A stretch of DNA of 63,209 nucleotides, filler included, from Reticulomyxa filosa (GCA_000512085.1; 28 parts of 28 records of this genome joined end to end with filler, not necessarily neighbours in it); one strand, 5' to 3'. Shown: positions 24,474-36,579, counted from the whole stretch's first letter. The notes: a model not told the origin generated them from the letters alone. Translations and numbers: made by a program.

Positions 24474-27400
24474 GCTCCCGAACAAGGAAAAACGATTGTA
24501 AATCCTAATGTGGATTACATCGAAACTAAAACACTTTTTATTTCATCAATTTACGTTTTTTCATTACAAAACAAATTAGGTTGAATTAAAAAAGCGTTTA
24601 AAAAAAATAGTAGTAATAATTTCCTCTTTCGCATAAGCTTCAATTAATTCATCTCACACTTTCTGAGAGCTGTGATCTTCAATCTCCGTTTACGTATCTT
24701 GATAAATCACAGTCGTCTCCGTGACTTTGGTTTCCAACTCAATCCCGTCCAATTGCTGCCATTGAAAAATGGGGATACAGTACCGGGCTGATGTGAGTGT
24801 TCAGCCTGGTATAAAGTTCTTTTGTATTACTTTGTCCACAAATGGAAGTGCAATTTGGTACTTCAGTTAAATTTTGATATTTGTATGTAAAGTTCATCTT
24901 TTTTATATTCATTACATTCTACAGTTTAACATAAATTAATGCGCAAAGAAACACAAAAAGCTTTTGCTTTAAAAAAATTGAAAATATTATTCTAAGTACA
25001 GTTAATGCAAAAAATGTGCAGCAACACAAATAAAAAAAAAGTACACTTGTCAACAATACATAAAAATCGCAATTCTATAAATGTATATTAACAAAAAAAT
25101 TAATAAACACAAAATACTACATTTCATAATTATCTTCATAGTGCTAANNNNNNNNNNNNNNNNNNNNNNNNNNNNNNNNNNNNNNNNNNNNTTAATTAAT
25201 TAANNNNNNNNNNNNNNNNNNNNNNNNNNNNNNNNNNNNNNNNNNNNCAAACTCAACAAAACCAGCAGACTGATTATTTTTTTAAAAAAACAAATTTAAA
25301 GCGATACGTACTTATCCTCCTTCTACTCATCTTCCTCTTCTTGCTAATGGTGTCTTGGCTCAAATTTCGCACAACTCCTCCGCCAAATCGAGCCACTCTC
25401 ACACTGAACGATTCTCCATATGTATTCATTTTCTCGATCTTTATGTGCATTGTTTTTTAACAACGTCCGCACCATTTTCTTGCTCGCCTTCCGCTTCTTC
25501 AGTCCAATCGCTGCTGCCGTTGTGAACATCGCCATGTCTCTATCGTTTTCACTTTGCGCTATACCATCATCTTCTTGACGAGCTTGTGCTTTTGTATCGG
25601 CGACAGCAAGGCCCAGATTGTTTGAGATTTGTCTCGGACAACCTTGATCCACTGTCCCATTGCTACCATATAATGAACTTCTTCCAAATAAGAAGTTCAT
25701 TCGGCTTCGTTGTCCTTGTGATTATGGACACATTTCGGCTTGGATAATGCTTGATTGGACGTTCGCATATCGCAATGCGCTATTCACTGTTTGAGGCTAT
25801 CCATCAGCATTTTTCTTTTCTTTTTCGTTATTGGACGTATTCTTTGTTTCCATTCTTCATTTCTTGTGTGACATGATCGAACGTTATTTTTGAGCATGCC
25901 CAAGGTCCCAACGGTTTCAAATTTCAAAACTAACGATTCGAATCCAACTCCACCGACAAATTGGCGACCCACACTTCTTGTTCATCAAGTGATGTTCAAT
26001 GTTGCCAGCGAGCTAAAGATTAAAGCCACAAAATTGCGAATGTACGCACGCACACAACGAGTTTTCATTGTTGTTCTGCGCTACAAAGTTAGCTAAATTT
26101 CCATAACGACAAGTTTCACTTGTTTGTTTGCGCATATAGACCGAGTTCGACTCCTTCTTTGGTAATGTGTCGCTCCAAGATTTTTCTCCAAAGACGTATG
26201 CGCATATGCTGATGAAAATAAGTCGTTTCCAAAGCTTCGATTTGATCTGCTATACATTGACCCACTTATTTAGCATTTTCCATTGAGTCACGATACAACA
26301 ACAATTCCACCAACTTAAACAACCCAAGACCCATACTCCAAAGTGCGAAAGCGCGCACGTATAAGAGAACAATCTCCCGATTTTTTTTTTCTATTTTCTT
26401 CACATTTTTTTGCTTCTTTTTTTTTTCTTTCTTCTTTTTTTTCTCATTGTCAACTTTTTTTATTATTTTTCTTTTTACATTTTTTAACATTTTTTTTTCA
26501 TTTTACAATCATTTTTNNNNNNNNNNNNNNNNNNNNNNNNNNNNNNNNNNNNNNNNNNNNTTAATTAATTAANNNNNNNNNNNNNNNNNNNNNNNNNNNN
26601 NNNNNNNNNNNNNNNNAGAATGGTTTTAACCTTTTATTTCTATTGAAGGTAAAAAAAAAACTACTATGTCGATCATCACCTTTTCCATAGAAAAGGGTTA
26701 TATCGACTGCATCAAGACGTGACTGCTGTGGTGATTACTTCTTACTCAGCTTGTTGTTTTGATCACTATCTCATGCAAGTGATATAAGCCGAGATAGTAA
26801 TTATCAAAGTGGATTGTGCAAATCATAATCAAAGGAGATCATTTACAGGAACGCCATTACTAGACTGCAATATCCACTGAATATTAATATAGAAAGTAGT
26901 ATCAAACCAAGTCCATAGTAATAATAAAAAAAAACAAATGTATAAAAAAACGGTGATTGAAACACACATATACCCAAAAAGCAAATAGAAGTGATGTCCC
27001 CTCCTCTTCGTTAGAAAAAAAGAATGAAAAAAAAAAGGCAAGTGAAAACGTAAAGTAAAGTGAAACGAAGCAAATGTGAAAAAAGGTATAATTGGTGGAA
27101 AAAAAGAAGCAAAGGTGGAAAAAGGTACAAAAAATGGAGACAATGATTAAAATGCGAATAAATGTCATGTGACTGTCGTCATCAGCACAATAAGCCTTTA
27201 TCGTCGTGCGGTCTATCTTCATCAATCTGTTAAAACTTCGCACTGCCTGTAACATCAATGGTGAAAGACCTGATCATATGGATATTATCTTAACAATTAC
27301 GAAATACATTCCAAAAGAGGGTTTTATTGTATTTTTTGGTTTTGAAATAAAAAAAAATAGTTTGTATGTTGGGGTTTTTTTTTTTTTTTTTATATTGTAT

Positions 27401-28029
27401 GTGCATAATAGATGAAAGTATCAAAAAAAGATTGTATTATAAAAGTTTAGTTTTATTTTTTATTTATTTGTACATGCTTGTGATGTACATACAGATTGTC
27501 ATGATCGAAAGATTGAATGTGAAAAAAAGAAATGAAACAATTTGGTGGAGTAATGTAATGAAAAAAGAAAAAAATTATAACAACAATACCAACATCGCCC
27601 AAGTATCAAAACAAAAAAAAAAAATAGGACCCCAATCAAAAGAAAAAAGAAATGTATCAAACAACAACAACAACAACAACAACAGCAACACATTGATCTA
27701 TTTTTTCTATTTATTGTCAATGAGTCCCAGCACGACGACGAAGCACACAAGACCAAATCAAACGTTCAGATGAAGGAACTGGACATGACAATGCGATTGG
27801 ACAATGTGCAATAAATCGAATATGGAAGCAATGAAGTCAGTGAACGGAATGGAGCGATTGGTTCGAACAACGAAGAATTTGCAGAAAGAAAAAGAAAGAA
27901 TATAAAAATAAAAAAAAAAAGAAAAAGNNNNNNNNNNNNNNNNNNNNNNNNNNNNNNNNNNNNNNNNNNNNTTAATTAATTAANNNNNNNNNNNNNNNNN
28001 NNNNNNNNNNNNNNNNNNNNNNNNNNNAA

Positions 28030-29166
28030 ATGCACGGGCTGAATGAACGATTGGACAAAAGCAAGGCAAAACAAAGCGCGATTTGCCAAAGGATTATGTG
28101 CATTGCTTGTGACTTGTTTGAATTCACACACAAAGAATGGAATCATCATTTAATCCAACCCTTCTTCAATACTGAGGTCCCCCACGCCGTGCTAAACGAT
28201 GTCGAGTCCATCCGCGCACAAGGAGTCAAGGCGTTTGCAATTTTCTGTTGTCTCGATAAGCGTCTCGCGGAAAAGAATATTGGTCTATTTTCCAACGTTA
28301 TCTATCAATCTATATACATATATACATATATATGTATATTTATTTATTTATTCACTTATTCATTTGTTTACTTCCACGTATAAAAAAAAGGCTTTGCGAA
28401 ACGTCGATTGTCCTCAAGAGATGCTAATCGCCTTGAAGGCATTTTTTGATTTCTTGCTGATCTTTGACCTGTTTCCCGAAAAAGATGACGAAGCAGAAAC
28501 AAATGCAAATGTCCGAACATCAGAAGAGAAAACTGAAACTGGCAATGAGCCGTCGCCAGATGATAGTTGCAAAGCATTGCCAATACCCACGACTCAATCT
28601 ATCAAAGAAGTATGTGTGGATATGTTTTTGTAATGCGTCAGCAAATATATACATATATGTGGTATATACACATTAAATAACAGATAATCGAAATTTTAAA
28701 AGAACAATTGGACAGCTCCGATCAAGATATATTGAACAGTGCCGTGGAAGGGTTTTGCAAATTGCTATTTATGAATCGACTGAAATATTATCGCACGGAG
28801 ATATTGTCACGACTGTTTCTATTGTTCCATAACCCCGTGACGAAAGACGGCGAAACGGATCAAATTCGACAAACGCTGAGTGTGTTTTGGAGTAAGTTTT
28901 GCGATTATAACTTATTTCCGAGCAACAAACAGCTGGTCCTTTCGTGTCTAATGCCATGCATCCGAACAGTGGTGTATGCGCCAAAAGACTCGCCATTGCA
29001 ACAAGTGTCCTTGTCCAACATGACCGATCACTTTTTATGGTTATTGGGAGCCGATCCTTTGACTAATGTGTCCGCCGCACTCCAAACTTCGCAAACAGGT
29101 ATTTGTCTGTGGGACTCCATTTCTATCTTTCGACTCTGATTCCTTTATATATACATATATATGTAC

Positions 29167-29203
<37 letters not shown>

Positions 29204-30247
29204 ACATGAATAGGAAATCCATTGACGTTACACGAAGAATTGACGTTTGACATTTTATTCGAGATTGAAGCAAACCCTCATTGTGAGAGTGTAAAGGCGT
29301 TGTCCAAGCTATTGATGAGGCTGGAGTTGGATGCAAAGAATCCTCACAATATTAAGCAATTCAAAATGTTGACACAAAATATTCAATCGAAAATTGCGAC
29401 GAGCAAAGACAAACTGACGAAAAAGTGGCTCCACAAGTTTGATGAAAAGCTCCAAACTTTGGATAAAAACCCTGAGTTTGAATTGAATGCCGAGCAAAAG
29501 CAGTCGTTTGAAGATGTTCGCCAACAGCGTATTCAGCGCATTATCAAAGAGCATTTGGAGTTGATGGATGAAGCGGAGCGCCTGATTTTCACTCAAGAAT
29601 TTGGAATTGACGATGTCTCCGGTCTCTTGCCTCGCCATTCAACGTACACAAAAAAACGTGCAAAGCGTCACGCTAATGACTCTGCCTCCATTGTTCCAAC
29701 AACAAAGACAGACGATGTTGCTGAAAATATTGAGCCTCCAGGTTTTTACTGCTTATTTAAAAAAAAAAAAAAAAAAAAAACAACCAAAAAATGGAACCTT
29801 TGCTATACTTATAGCTCCTCGCAAGAGAAAACTCACCCGTCGGGGGAAGGATGCTGTCCTTTCGTTGTCTCCGGAAAAAAAGAAAGAGGCAAGTGCCAGT
29901 GATGAGGAGTACGTCCCTCCAAAACGGACAAAACGCAAACTTACTAAGCGTGCTACAAAGTAATTGACTCCGTTTCTGTTTTTTTTTTTTTTTTTTTTGA
30001 GAATCCCAAAAAAATGTGCATACAGAAGATTATCATAACTTATTACTACAAAAAACTTTACAGACGTCCTCGTTCCCGTGAACCTCAAGACAATAATGTC
30101 CGCAAAAGAAGGAAGATTTCATCACCTAACGACAAAGAAAATAATGGTGATAAAGATAATCTGGAAATATCTTTCAGTCAATTTGGAGATGGCAACGACG
30201 AAGAAACACAAGATATAGAGATGGCCGAAGCCATAATCCAAAACTAA
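28030..30247 (+). CDS. NCAPG: Condensin I subunit CAP-G (Cnd3/Ycg1), C-terminal part, about 6 exons, 5'-partial
   Basis: IRAQGVKAFAIFCCLDK, ALKAFFDFLLIF, AVEGFCKLLF..RL...EILSRLFLLFHNP, IRQTLSVF and HEELTFDIL are Cnd3-domain motifs. Short GT-AG introns and a basic, disordered C-terminal tail. Confidence 0.88.
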
Positions 30248-30630
30248 ACATGAACTCATGAAACATGCTGCAAGAGAGGGAGGGGGGAGGGCAAAGCAAT
30301 TCGCTTGTCAATTTTTTTATCCACTATGTTTGGACTTTTCATTTCGAGTTTTGCACATTTTGTATCATCAACAAATGTTTTGTTGGCTTATTTAAAGGTG
30401 AAATAATAAGGGTTATCAAAAGATGAGCAGTCATGCGTCTCGCATTTTATCTGTTGTAACTAAGTCTTGCATCCTTGTGCCCACTCGGCCCTGCAATAAT
30501 GTAAAAGAGAAGCATTTTATCATAGTCTAAACTGGAGTTTAAATAAACAAAACAAATTGTTTTTGAAAAAACAAATAATAAGGAAAGGGCGCTTTTTATT
30601 TGTTTTTCCCAATAAAAAATTCCAATTTCA

Positions 30631-32212
30631 ATGGGGCAAGCATGCTGTTGCGAAAAGTATCGTCCTCGATACAAACATCATGTCCGAGCTGCTGTTTATG
30701 AAGGAAAAGTTAGATCAATTTGTTATGATGTGTTTTGGCTGAACGTGGCTTTGAAAAAGGGGGAAAAAAAAATGAACAGACCAGTGATCTCGGTGAGTAC
30801 GCATTTCGAATTCGTACCCAATTGCACTCAATCAGTCGATATTTAAAAAAACAAGTGGAGACAAACATGACCAACCGAACGTTAAAAATGAATTTTTTTT
30901 TTTTCATGCCTAGTTGCAATTATGTCTCCACTACTTTCACATTTGCGGAGCGAAGAATAAAAAAACACTGACACCCGTCATTTAAAAAAAAAAAAAAAAA
31001 AAAACTGCAAAGGCGCATAAAAAATGCAATGCAATCATGGGATGAACTGATAAAGAATTGTCACGAAGATCTGACAGTGTTTGAGATAACCTTATTAGAC
31101 GTAATAGAACTGGTATTGAAAAATGGATATCAAAATGCGAATTCGGATTATTTAATGTCTGGAATGCACACATTACAAACGATGTTACCACATATAAAAA
31201 ATAAGCCATTTCCACACAATCGGTTCAATGACTTTTATGAAATATTGATCAAGGTATGCAACTCGGATATGAACGACACAGTAATCCTTTCATTCAGTGG
31301 CAATGCCACCGGAACAATGAGTGCCCACGGTCCTTTTGCAAAAGACCACAATATCATCACAGCCAAGCATCGTACGTCGAGTCTAAGCACCACTCGAGGA
31401 ATCAAACTCCGAAAGGAAGAACCCGTTGCCACAGATAGATCCGTCTACAAACAAAGCCTATTAACGTTGGAATTGCTGGTTTCCAATTGCAGCAAAGAGG
31501 TTACTCAAAGGCACTTTGAAGTGTTGATGCAATTGTTTTTGCATTGCATGAAAGAGCTTGTGGATGCACCACCTGTGTTAAGTAAGCTCCTCCTTCTCCC
31601 CCCCCCCCCAAATTTTTTTTTTTAAAAAAATAAAAATTAATGACACATTTGTGGTCAATTGTTGATAGAGTACAAACGAAAATTCGAATGTTAAAGTCAT
31701 TGATAGAATTCAGCAAACATATTGAAAAAAATCGCAATCCTTACGAAATCGTCTCAAAGCTGTGCAATTTGTTTGAGTGGCTGGAGAATGTTCCCGTGAC
31801 GTTTATACCCAACGTACGTATTTGTTGCACGGCGTCGTTTGAAGGGGATGCGCATGTACATCGACACAAAGCAAGAACGAATAGCAACTTGGAGCCGCTG
31901 TTGAGTGTCGATGAAAGCAGTGGGAATGAAACCAACCACGACAACGACCACAACGATTCTCATCCCAGCGGAGGGGGAAACGACGACAAAAAACACGAGC
32001 TGAAAAAAACAAATGAACAAGAGACTGCTCCGGGACCGGAAGATTATCGTGCTCGATTGGTCAATAGTCAGTTCCAATTGGCAAATGCCTGTTTAAAGTG
32101 CATTTCGGAATACGTAAGCTATCATGATGTTCATCCCATTTTACAAAGAGCCATTTTGCCGAGATTGCTCAAAGCATCAGGGTTTCATCATAAAAAATAT
32201 CTCTTATATGCT
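30631..32212 (+). CDS. EFR3: EFR3-family plasma-membrane scaffold (PI4KA complex), N-terminal part, multi-exon, 3'-partial
   Basis: Spliced N-terminus MGQACCCEKYRPRYKHHV..|..LGEYAFRIRTQLHSISRYLKKQV..|..AMQSWDELIKNCH matches the EFR3 pattern CCC..LRPRYK / KL..YA...PEKL..IG.YL / AM.ALDQLL.ACH. Introns at 30709-30779, about 30881-31011 and about 31580-31669. Confidence 0.8.
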
Positions 32213-32470
32213 GGTCTTATATACATATATGTATACACATGTACATACATATATATGTATATATATNNNNNNNNNNNNNNNNNNNNNNNNNNNNNNNNNN
32301 NNNNNNNNNNTTAATTAATTAANNNNNNNNNNNNNNNNNNNNNNNNNNNNNNNNNNNNNNNNNNNNACTTCAGTTCTGCCGGCTGCGTCCGATCTCGACG
32401 ACCCGGCCATCCGGCATCAGGACCACGATGCATATCGCGCAGCTAGAAACGATATGATGAGTGGACCGGG

Positions 32471-33415
32471 TCACGATCCAGCGTCCCTCTTTAGCCTGGC
32501 CCAAGTACGGCCAAAGTCGGACGAGCGCGATCGCGTAACGATCATTTCAGCCAGATCATAGTTGAGACAGGCGAGATAGTGCGCTGCATTCGTGAAAGCA
32601 TCACGTGGCGCATGCTTGGGCAAAATGTCGAGGCGAATGTTTCCATTGCCTTTAAGTTCAAGTTTGGGAACTGGCCGCCCTTTGCTTTCGGAAGAAATAA
32701 ATGGGAACCAGACAGCCAGTTCGTGACGGTAGCTAATGGCATTTCGTGTCTCACTTAGCTGACCGGAAGACAATGGCCCAGACGAGGCCAGCAATCTAAA
32801 GAACTCTTCAATGCGAGCTACAATTTGCGGCGCATCTGCTTCATGGTTTGCGACAGCAGTAGTGCCGACTTCGTTCAAGAAGCGGCGAAATTGTTCCCAG
32901 AAAGAGATGTGAACTGCTGCTCCCGCGTCGACCCGCCGAATCGACATGGACATCTGTGCCTGTCCAATTCCCTCCAGCCAAAATTCATAGGTGCCACTGG
33001 TCAGCTCGAATTCATCGCCCACGTACAGCTGCCCCAGTTTCGTGATGCGACTCGGCAGCGTCGCATCAATTCTGACAATCCCACGCCCCGTAGCTCTCAT
33101 GATGGCGTGACCAGCGTAGAAGGCTGAATAATATAGCTGCACGAGCGGCCAGGCTGCAGCTCTCGGCGTATACTTTGGAGTTCGCGACAACAGAATCGAT
33201 TCGAGGGAGCTGAGGGCGAACCGGGCGTAGTCATACTGCAAATGCGCCAAGAGTCGGATGGCTTCGATGTTACTAAATTTTGTAACGCCGGGGGCAGCAA
33301 CTTCGATGGCGTAGTCGCCAACAAGAAGTAGATTGCGCACGCCGCCCGGTTCTTGTCGTTGATCCACGAGTCCCGGCACCGACCGACGGTAAAGCGGTGC
33401 AGCCAGATCGACCAT
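32471..33415 (-). CDS. Bacterial HEPN-like putative ribonuclease (314 aa)
   Basis: Intronless, GC-rich ORF with a HEPN-type helix motif WPLVQLYYSAFYAGHAIMRATG and a downstream R-X6-H motif RNAISYRH (32723-32746). The ATG lies 4 nt after the upstream gene's stop. The ORF itself is solid; the HEPN call is inferred from motifs. Confidence 0.7.
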   Translation of the reverse strand: MVDLAAPLYRRSVPGLVDQRQEPGGVRNLLLVGDYAIEVAAPGVTKFSNIEAIRLLAHLQYDYARFALSSLESILLSRTPKYTPRAAAWPLVQLYYSAFYAGHAIMRATGRGIVRIDATLPSRITKLGQLYVGDEFELTSGTYEFWLEGIGQAQMSMSIRRVDAGAAVHISFWEQFRRFLNEVGTTAVANHEADAPQIVARIEEFFRLLASSGPLSSGQLSETRNAISYRHELAVWFPFISSESKGRPVPKLELKGNGNIRLDILPKHAPRDAFTNAAHYLACLNYDLAEMIVTRSRSSDFGRTWARLKRDAGS

Positions 33416-33419
33416 GGGA

Positions 33420-34403
33420 CTAGAATTGCTGCTTCGCTTGCAAGCGGTTGGCTAGATAGTCGCGAAGAGCTACAGAACTGGTGCCCGGCCTGCTCAACTT
33501 GGAAACTGGCATATGTGCAAACATCGGGCCCATAATCGTACTGAAATTTTCTGTTCGATAGTTGCCGTTAAAGCGATCCAGAACTCGTTGAGCGACAACT
33601 GGAAACAAACCAATAAAAGCACGAAAGAGTACCGGCCGACCGAGTACTACACCGTCGACTCTATTTGGAAGAAGACCTTGTATCGCTGATAGATAGCTAT
33701 TGAGGATCTCGTAGATTTCTTCTGGTGGACGCTCGGAGAAATTCTCCAGAAGTGGTTTGATGGCGGCGTTGAAGGTGACGCGCGTTATTTTCCCTCCACC
33801 ACCCTTGTCGAACGGGCTTGTAAGCCCCTTCAAAGCGCTATCCGGCCTTGAATGAAAGACATCAAATAGCTCACGTAGTTCCGATTCCCCGGCGCGCTCG
33901 ATGTCGGCTAGCTTCTTGATATCGAGAAGAAGCTCGCCCGGCACTGCACGCTGCTTAGTGTTGATATCGATGAAGAGGCGCGACTCTTGCTGACGGGTCA
34001 AGTTGTTGTAGATTACAACCGGCACGCGCAATGGCTTCTTTGATTTAGAGAACCCATAGACCCTGTGTTGACCGTCTAGAATCAAGAATGCAGCAGCCGT
34101 GTCGCTGAATTCCAGCGTCTTTCCTCGCCCGATAACTTTCAGATTCGCCCTTTCTTGAGCTGACAATACGATTGAGTTCGGAATTGAATGTCCGCTGTCA
34201 ATATACTGCGCGATTTCTTGTGCGCGGCGCTCGTCTAGCGCACGCTGAAATCCCTTTTGCGGGTCTTCTTGGCGAGTAGAGACCGCGCAAGTTCGCGCCA
34301 ACACATCAGAAGGCATTGTTAGCGTGTAGAACTGATAGGAGCCTTGAGTAACAAGACTCACACTGTACCGAAGACGGGGCACCGCATCACTTTGCGAGGT
34401 CAT
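33420..34403 (-). CDS. Bacterial DGQHR-domain protein (DndB/ParB-Srx-fold NTP-binding family, ~327 aa)
   Basis: All three family motifs are present: GFQR, LILDGQHR (34062-34076) and LFIDIN. Likely ATG at 34403, preceded by AGAGAG; an alternative TTG start lies at 34421. Confidence 0.92.
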   Translation of the reverse strand: MTSQSDAVPRLRYSVSLVTQGSYQFYTLTMPSDVLARTCAVSTRQEDPQKGFQRALDERRAQEIAQYIDSGHSIPNSIVLSAQERANLKVIGRGKTLEFSDTAAAFLILDGQHRVYGFSKSKKPLRVPVVIYNNLTRQQESRLFIDINTKQRAVPGELLLDIKKLADIERAGESELRELFDVFHSRPDSALKGLTSPFDKGGGGKITRVTFNAAIKPLLENFSERPPEEIYEILNSYLSAIQGLLPNRVDGVVLGRPVLFRAFIGLFPVVAQRVLDRFNGNYRTENFSTIMGPMFAHMPVSKLSRPGTSSVALRDYLANRLQAKQQF

Positions 34404-34515
34404 GTCACTCTCTAGAGTCAAGCCGCCTACGCCGCCAAAGGTCTTCTGACGGCAGCAATTGGGAATTATCCTAGAGGGGTTCGTTGAGTTCTACCAGTGC
34501 GGCTACCGATAGTAG

Positions 34516-34540
34516 TATCGAGCCCGGACCGGGCTCGATA
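34516..34540. promoter_or_regulatory. Perfect 12-bp inverted repeat with 1-nt spacer, ~110 bp upstream of the DGQHR operon (possible operator)
   Basis: TATCGAGCCCGG-A-CCGGGCTCGATA is seen directly. A regulatory role is inference, and the repeat sits exactly at the contig end. Confidence 0.35.
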
Positions 34541-34839
34541 NNNNNNNNNNNNNNNNNNNNNNNNNNNNNNNNNNNNNNNNNNNNTTAATTAATTAANNNN
34601 NNNNNNNNNNNNNNNNNNNNNNNNNNNNNNNNNNNNNNNNAAGATTTAAAAATTTCTTATTTTCAATACATGTTCAATTTATATGGAAAAAACTTATTAT
34701 AAAACCAATTTAATATTTAAAAACTACAAGATTAGTAGATATTTTTTTTAAAAAAATTAGGTTTAAATTTTTATTTTTCATGGAGAAAATCAATTTTCTT
34801 CATATAGTGCCATTTAGGTAAGGCAGTTTTTTTGCAATC

Positions 34840-34943
34840 TACTGTATTGTCTTAAATTTATTGAATTGAAAAAGAAAGATAATATATATGATTTGAATTT
34901 GTGTTATGGTTCAACTTATGGTCTCATTCGTATTTGGGAATAA
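34840..34943 (+). pseudogene. Remnant of a WD40-repeat gene C-terminus
   Basis: YDLNLCYGSTYGLIRIWE* resembles a terminal WD blade; the upstream frame is broken. Confidence 0.4.
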
Positions 34944-35549
34944 TTTACTTGTTTTGTCAAATAAGAAATGAATGTGTTTTTGTTTGAAAATTGGATTAAA
35001 ACCAAAGTAATGTGATATTAAACTTGTTTGATTTAATTGAATGCAACCATTGAAAGATTTGTTCTATTTTGCTTTGTTATTTAAAAAAGTTTAAAGAATT
35101 GAAAAGTATTACAAACGAAAATTGTATATAAATATCAAAATAAATTACAAGATATTTTAAGTATTGTGTTTTTTCATTGCAAATCAATACTGATTTCTTT
35201 AAATTATTATTATTTTTTTAATGTCTATTTGCTATTGTTTTTTTGTATAATATTGAACACTCAAAATAAGATTAAGTGAAAAGGACAACAAGGTACATTA
35301 TCAAAAACAATATTTTTTTCTTGAAGTAAGTTATGAATGACAGTAATAAAAAAAATGCAATTAGACAAAGAGATTCTGCAATATCTTAGGAATAGTCTAT
35401 CTTAAGATACTGCTCTTTATGCTGTAGCTGTGCAAAACAAATATATCCTTCATGATTATCATACTTTAATACCTTTATATCACTTGGGAATATAAAATAA
35501 CAAAAATATTATTTTGAACAAACAACAAGTTCAATCTGGTGAGCAATTG

Positions 35550-35610
35550 ATGGTTCCTGATATAATTATATTTAATACAATGATTGATGGATTTATAAAA
35601 AGAGGAATTA
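35550..35610 (+). pseudogene. Isolated pentatricopeptide (PPR) motif remnant
   Basis: MVPDIIIFNTMIDGFIKRG matches the PPR consensus PDxxxYNTxIxGxxKxG; no intact flanking ORF. Confidence 0.55.
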
Positions 35611-36579
35611 CATTATTTTCATTTAATGATTGCTTTTGGATAACAAATGAAATGATGAAAATATTAAATTTAAATTATTTAAAGAAAGTTAACACTTTAA
35701 AATTTGCATAATTTTTATTACTCAAATGTAATCATTAATAGTTCTTTGTTTTTGATTTATTTTCGGTGTTTCTACTCTTTTCTTAGAAGAAAAAGTAAAG
35801 TACATGAAGCAGAAAATTGACAGTATTGTCCATATTCGTATAAAATTTACTGACAATCATCTGACGAAAGTTAAAAGAAAATTAGAGAGAAAATTCCAAA
35901 TCTACTACATGGACACGTCAGTCATGTCAACAATCAAGGTCCATCAACCAAAGAAAAAACATATCAGTGAAAACAATAATAATGGAAGAAATAAATCCAT
36001 AAGCAAATTCCATGGATAATATCCAAAAAAAAAAAAAATTAATAAAAACAATTGTTGCAATTTATTTTGATATTATATTTTTGAATTCTTTAAAAAAACA
36101 TAAATGTAAATTTTTAATATTTTTGACTTGAATTCAATCAAATCAAACAAGTATAATCAAACTTTTCAAACAAAAACAATTTTATCAATTATCCCCAAAT
36201 ACGAATAAGACCTTTACGTGAACCATAACACAAATTCAAATCATATGTATTATCTTTCTTTTTTAATTCAATAAATTTAAGACAATATATTATATTATCT
36301 TCTTTCTGATTTCCTTTGATTATATATAATTCATTTTTATTTGATCGAATATCCCNNNNNNNNNNNNNNNNNNNNNNNNNNNNNNNNNNNNNNNNNNNNT
36401 TAATTAATTAANNNNNNNNNNNNNNNNNNNNNNNNNNNNNNNNNNNNNNNNNNNNAAAAACCACTTCAACCCTATATAATAAAAAATAAAAATAAAAAAT
36501 AACCTAATATGTACAATTTGATCCAATCTACCCATTAAAATTATAATAATTCAACTACAGTAAATTACTTTAAACATCC

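Noticed and set aside
25248-27927. Protein-like fragments on two contigs (also 43900-44600, 46900-48269 and 48780-49680)
   Set aside because: They are interrupted by stops and show no family motif I can recognise. They are probably decayed genes but cannot be supported as features.
30557-30742. PIN/VapC-like motif SIVLDTNIMSEL in a short ORF
   Set aside because: It lies in an alternative frame of EFR3 exon 1, and the rest of a PIN domain is absent; coincidental.
33420-34403. Calling the DGQHR gene dndB of a DNA phosphorothioation (dnd) cluster
   Set aside because: The next gene is not dndC and no dndA/C/D/E is visible. The DGQHR domain occurs widely outside dnd operons.
28028-34540. Functional linkage between the condensin/EFR3 genes and the DGQHR-HEPN operon (e.g. 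an SMC-ParB-like module)
   Set aside because: They lie on different contigs separated by an artificial spacer and apparently come from different organisms.
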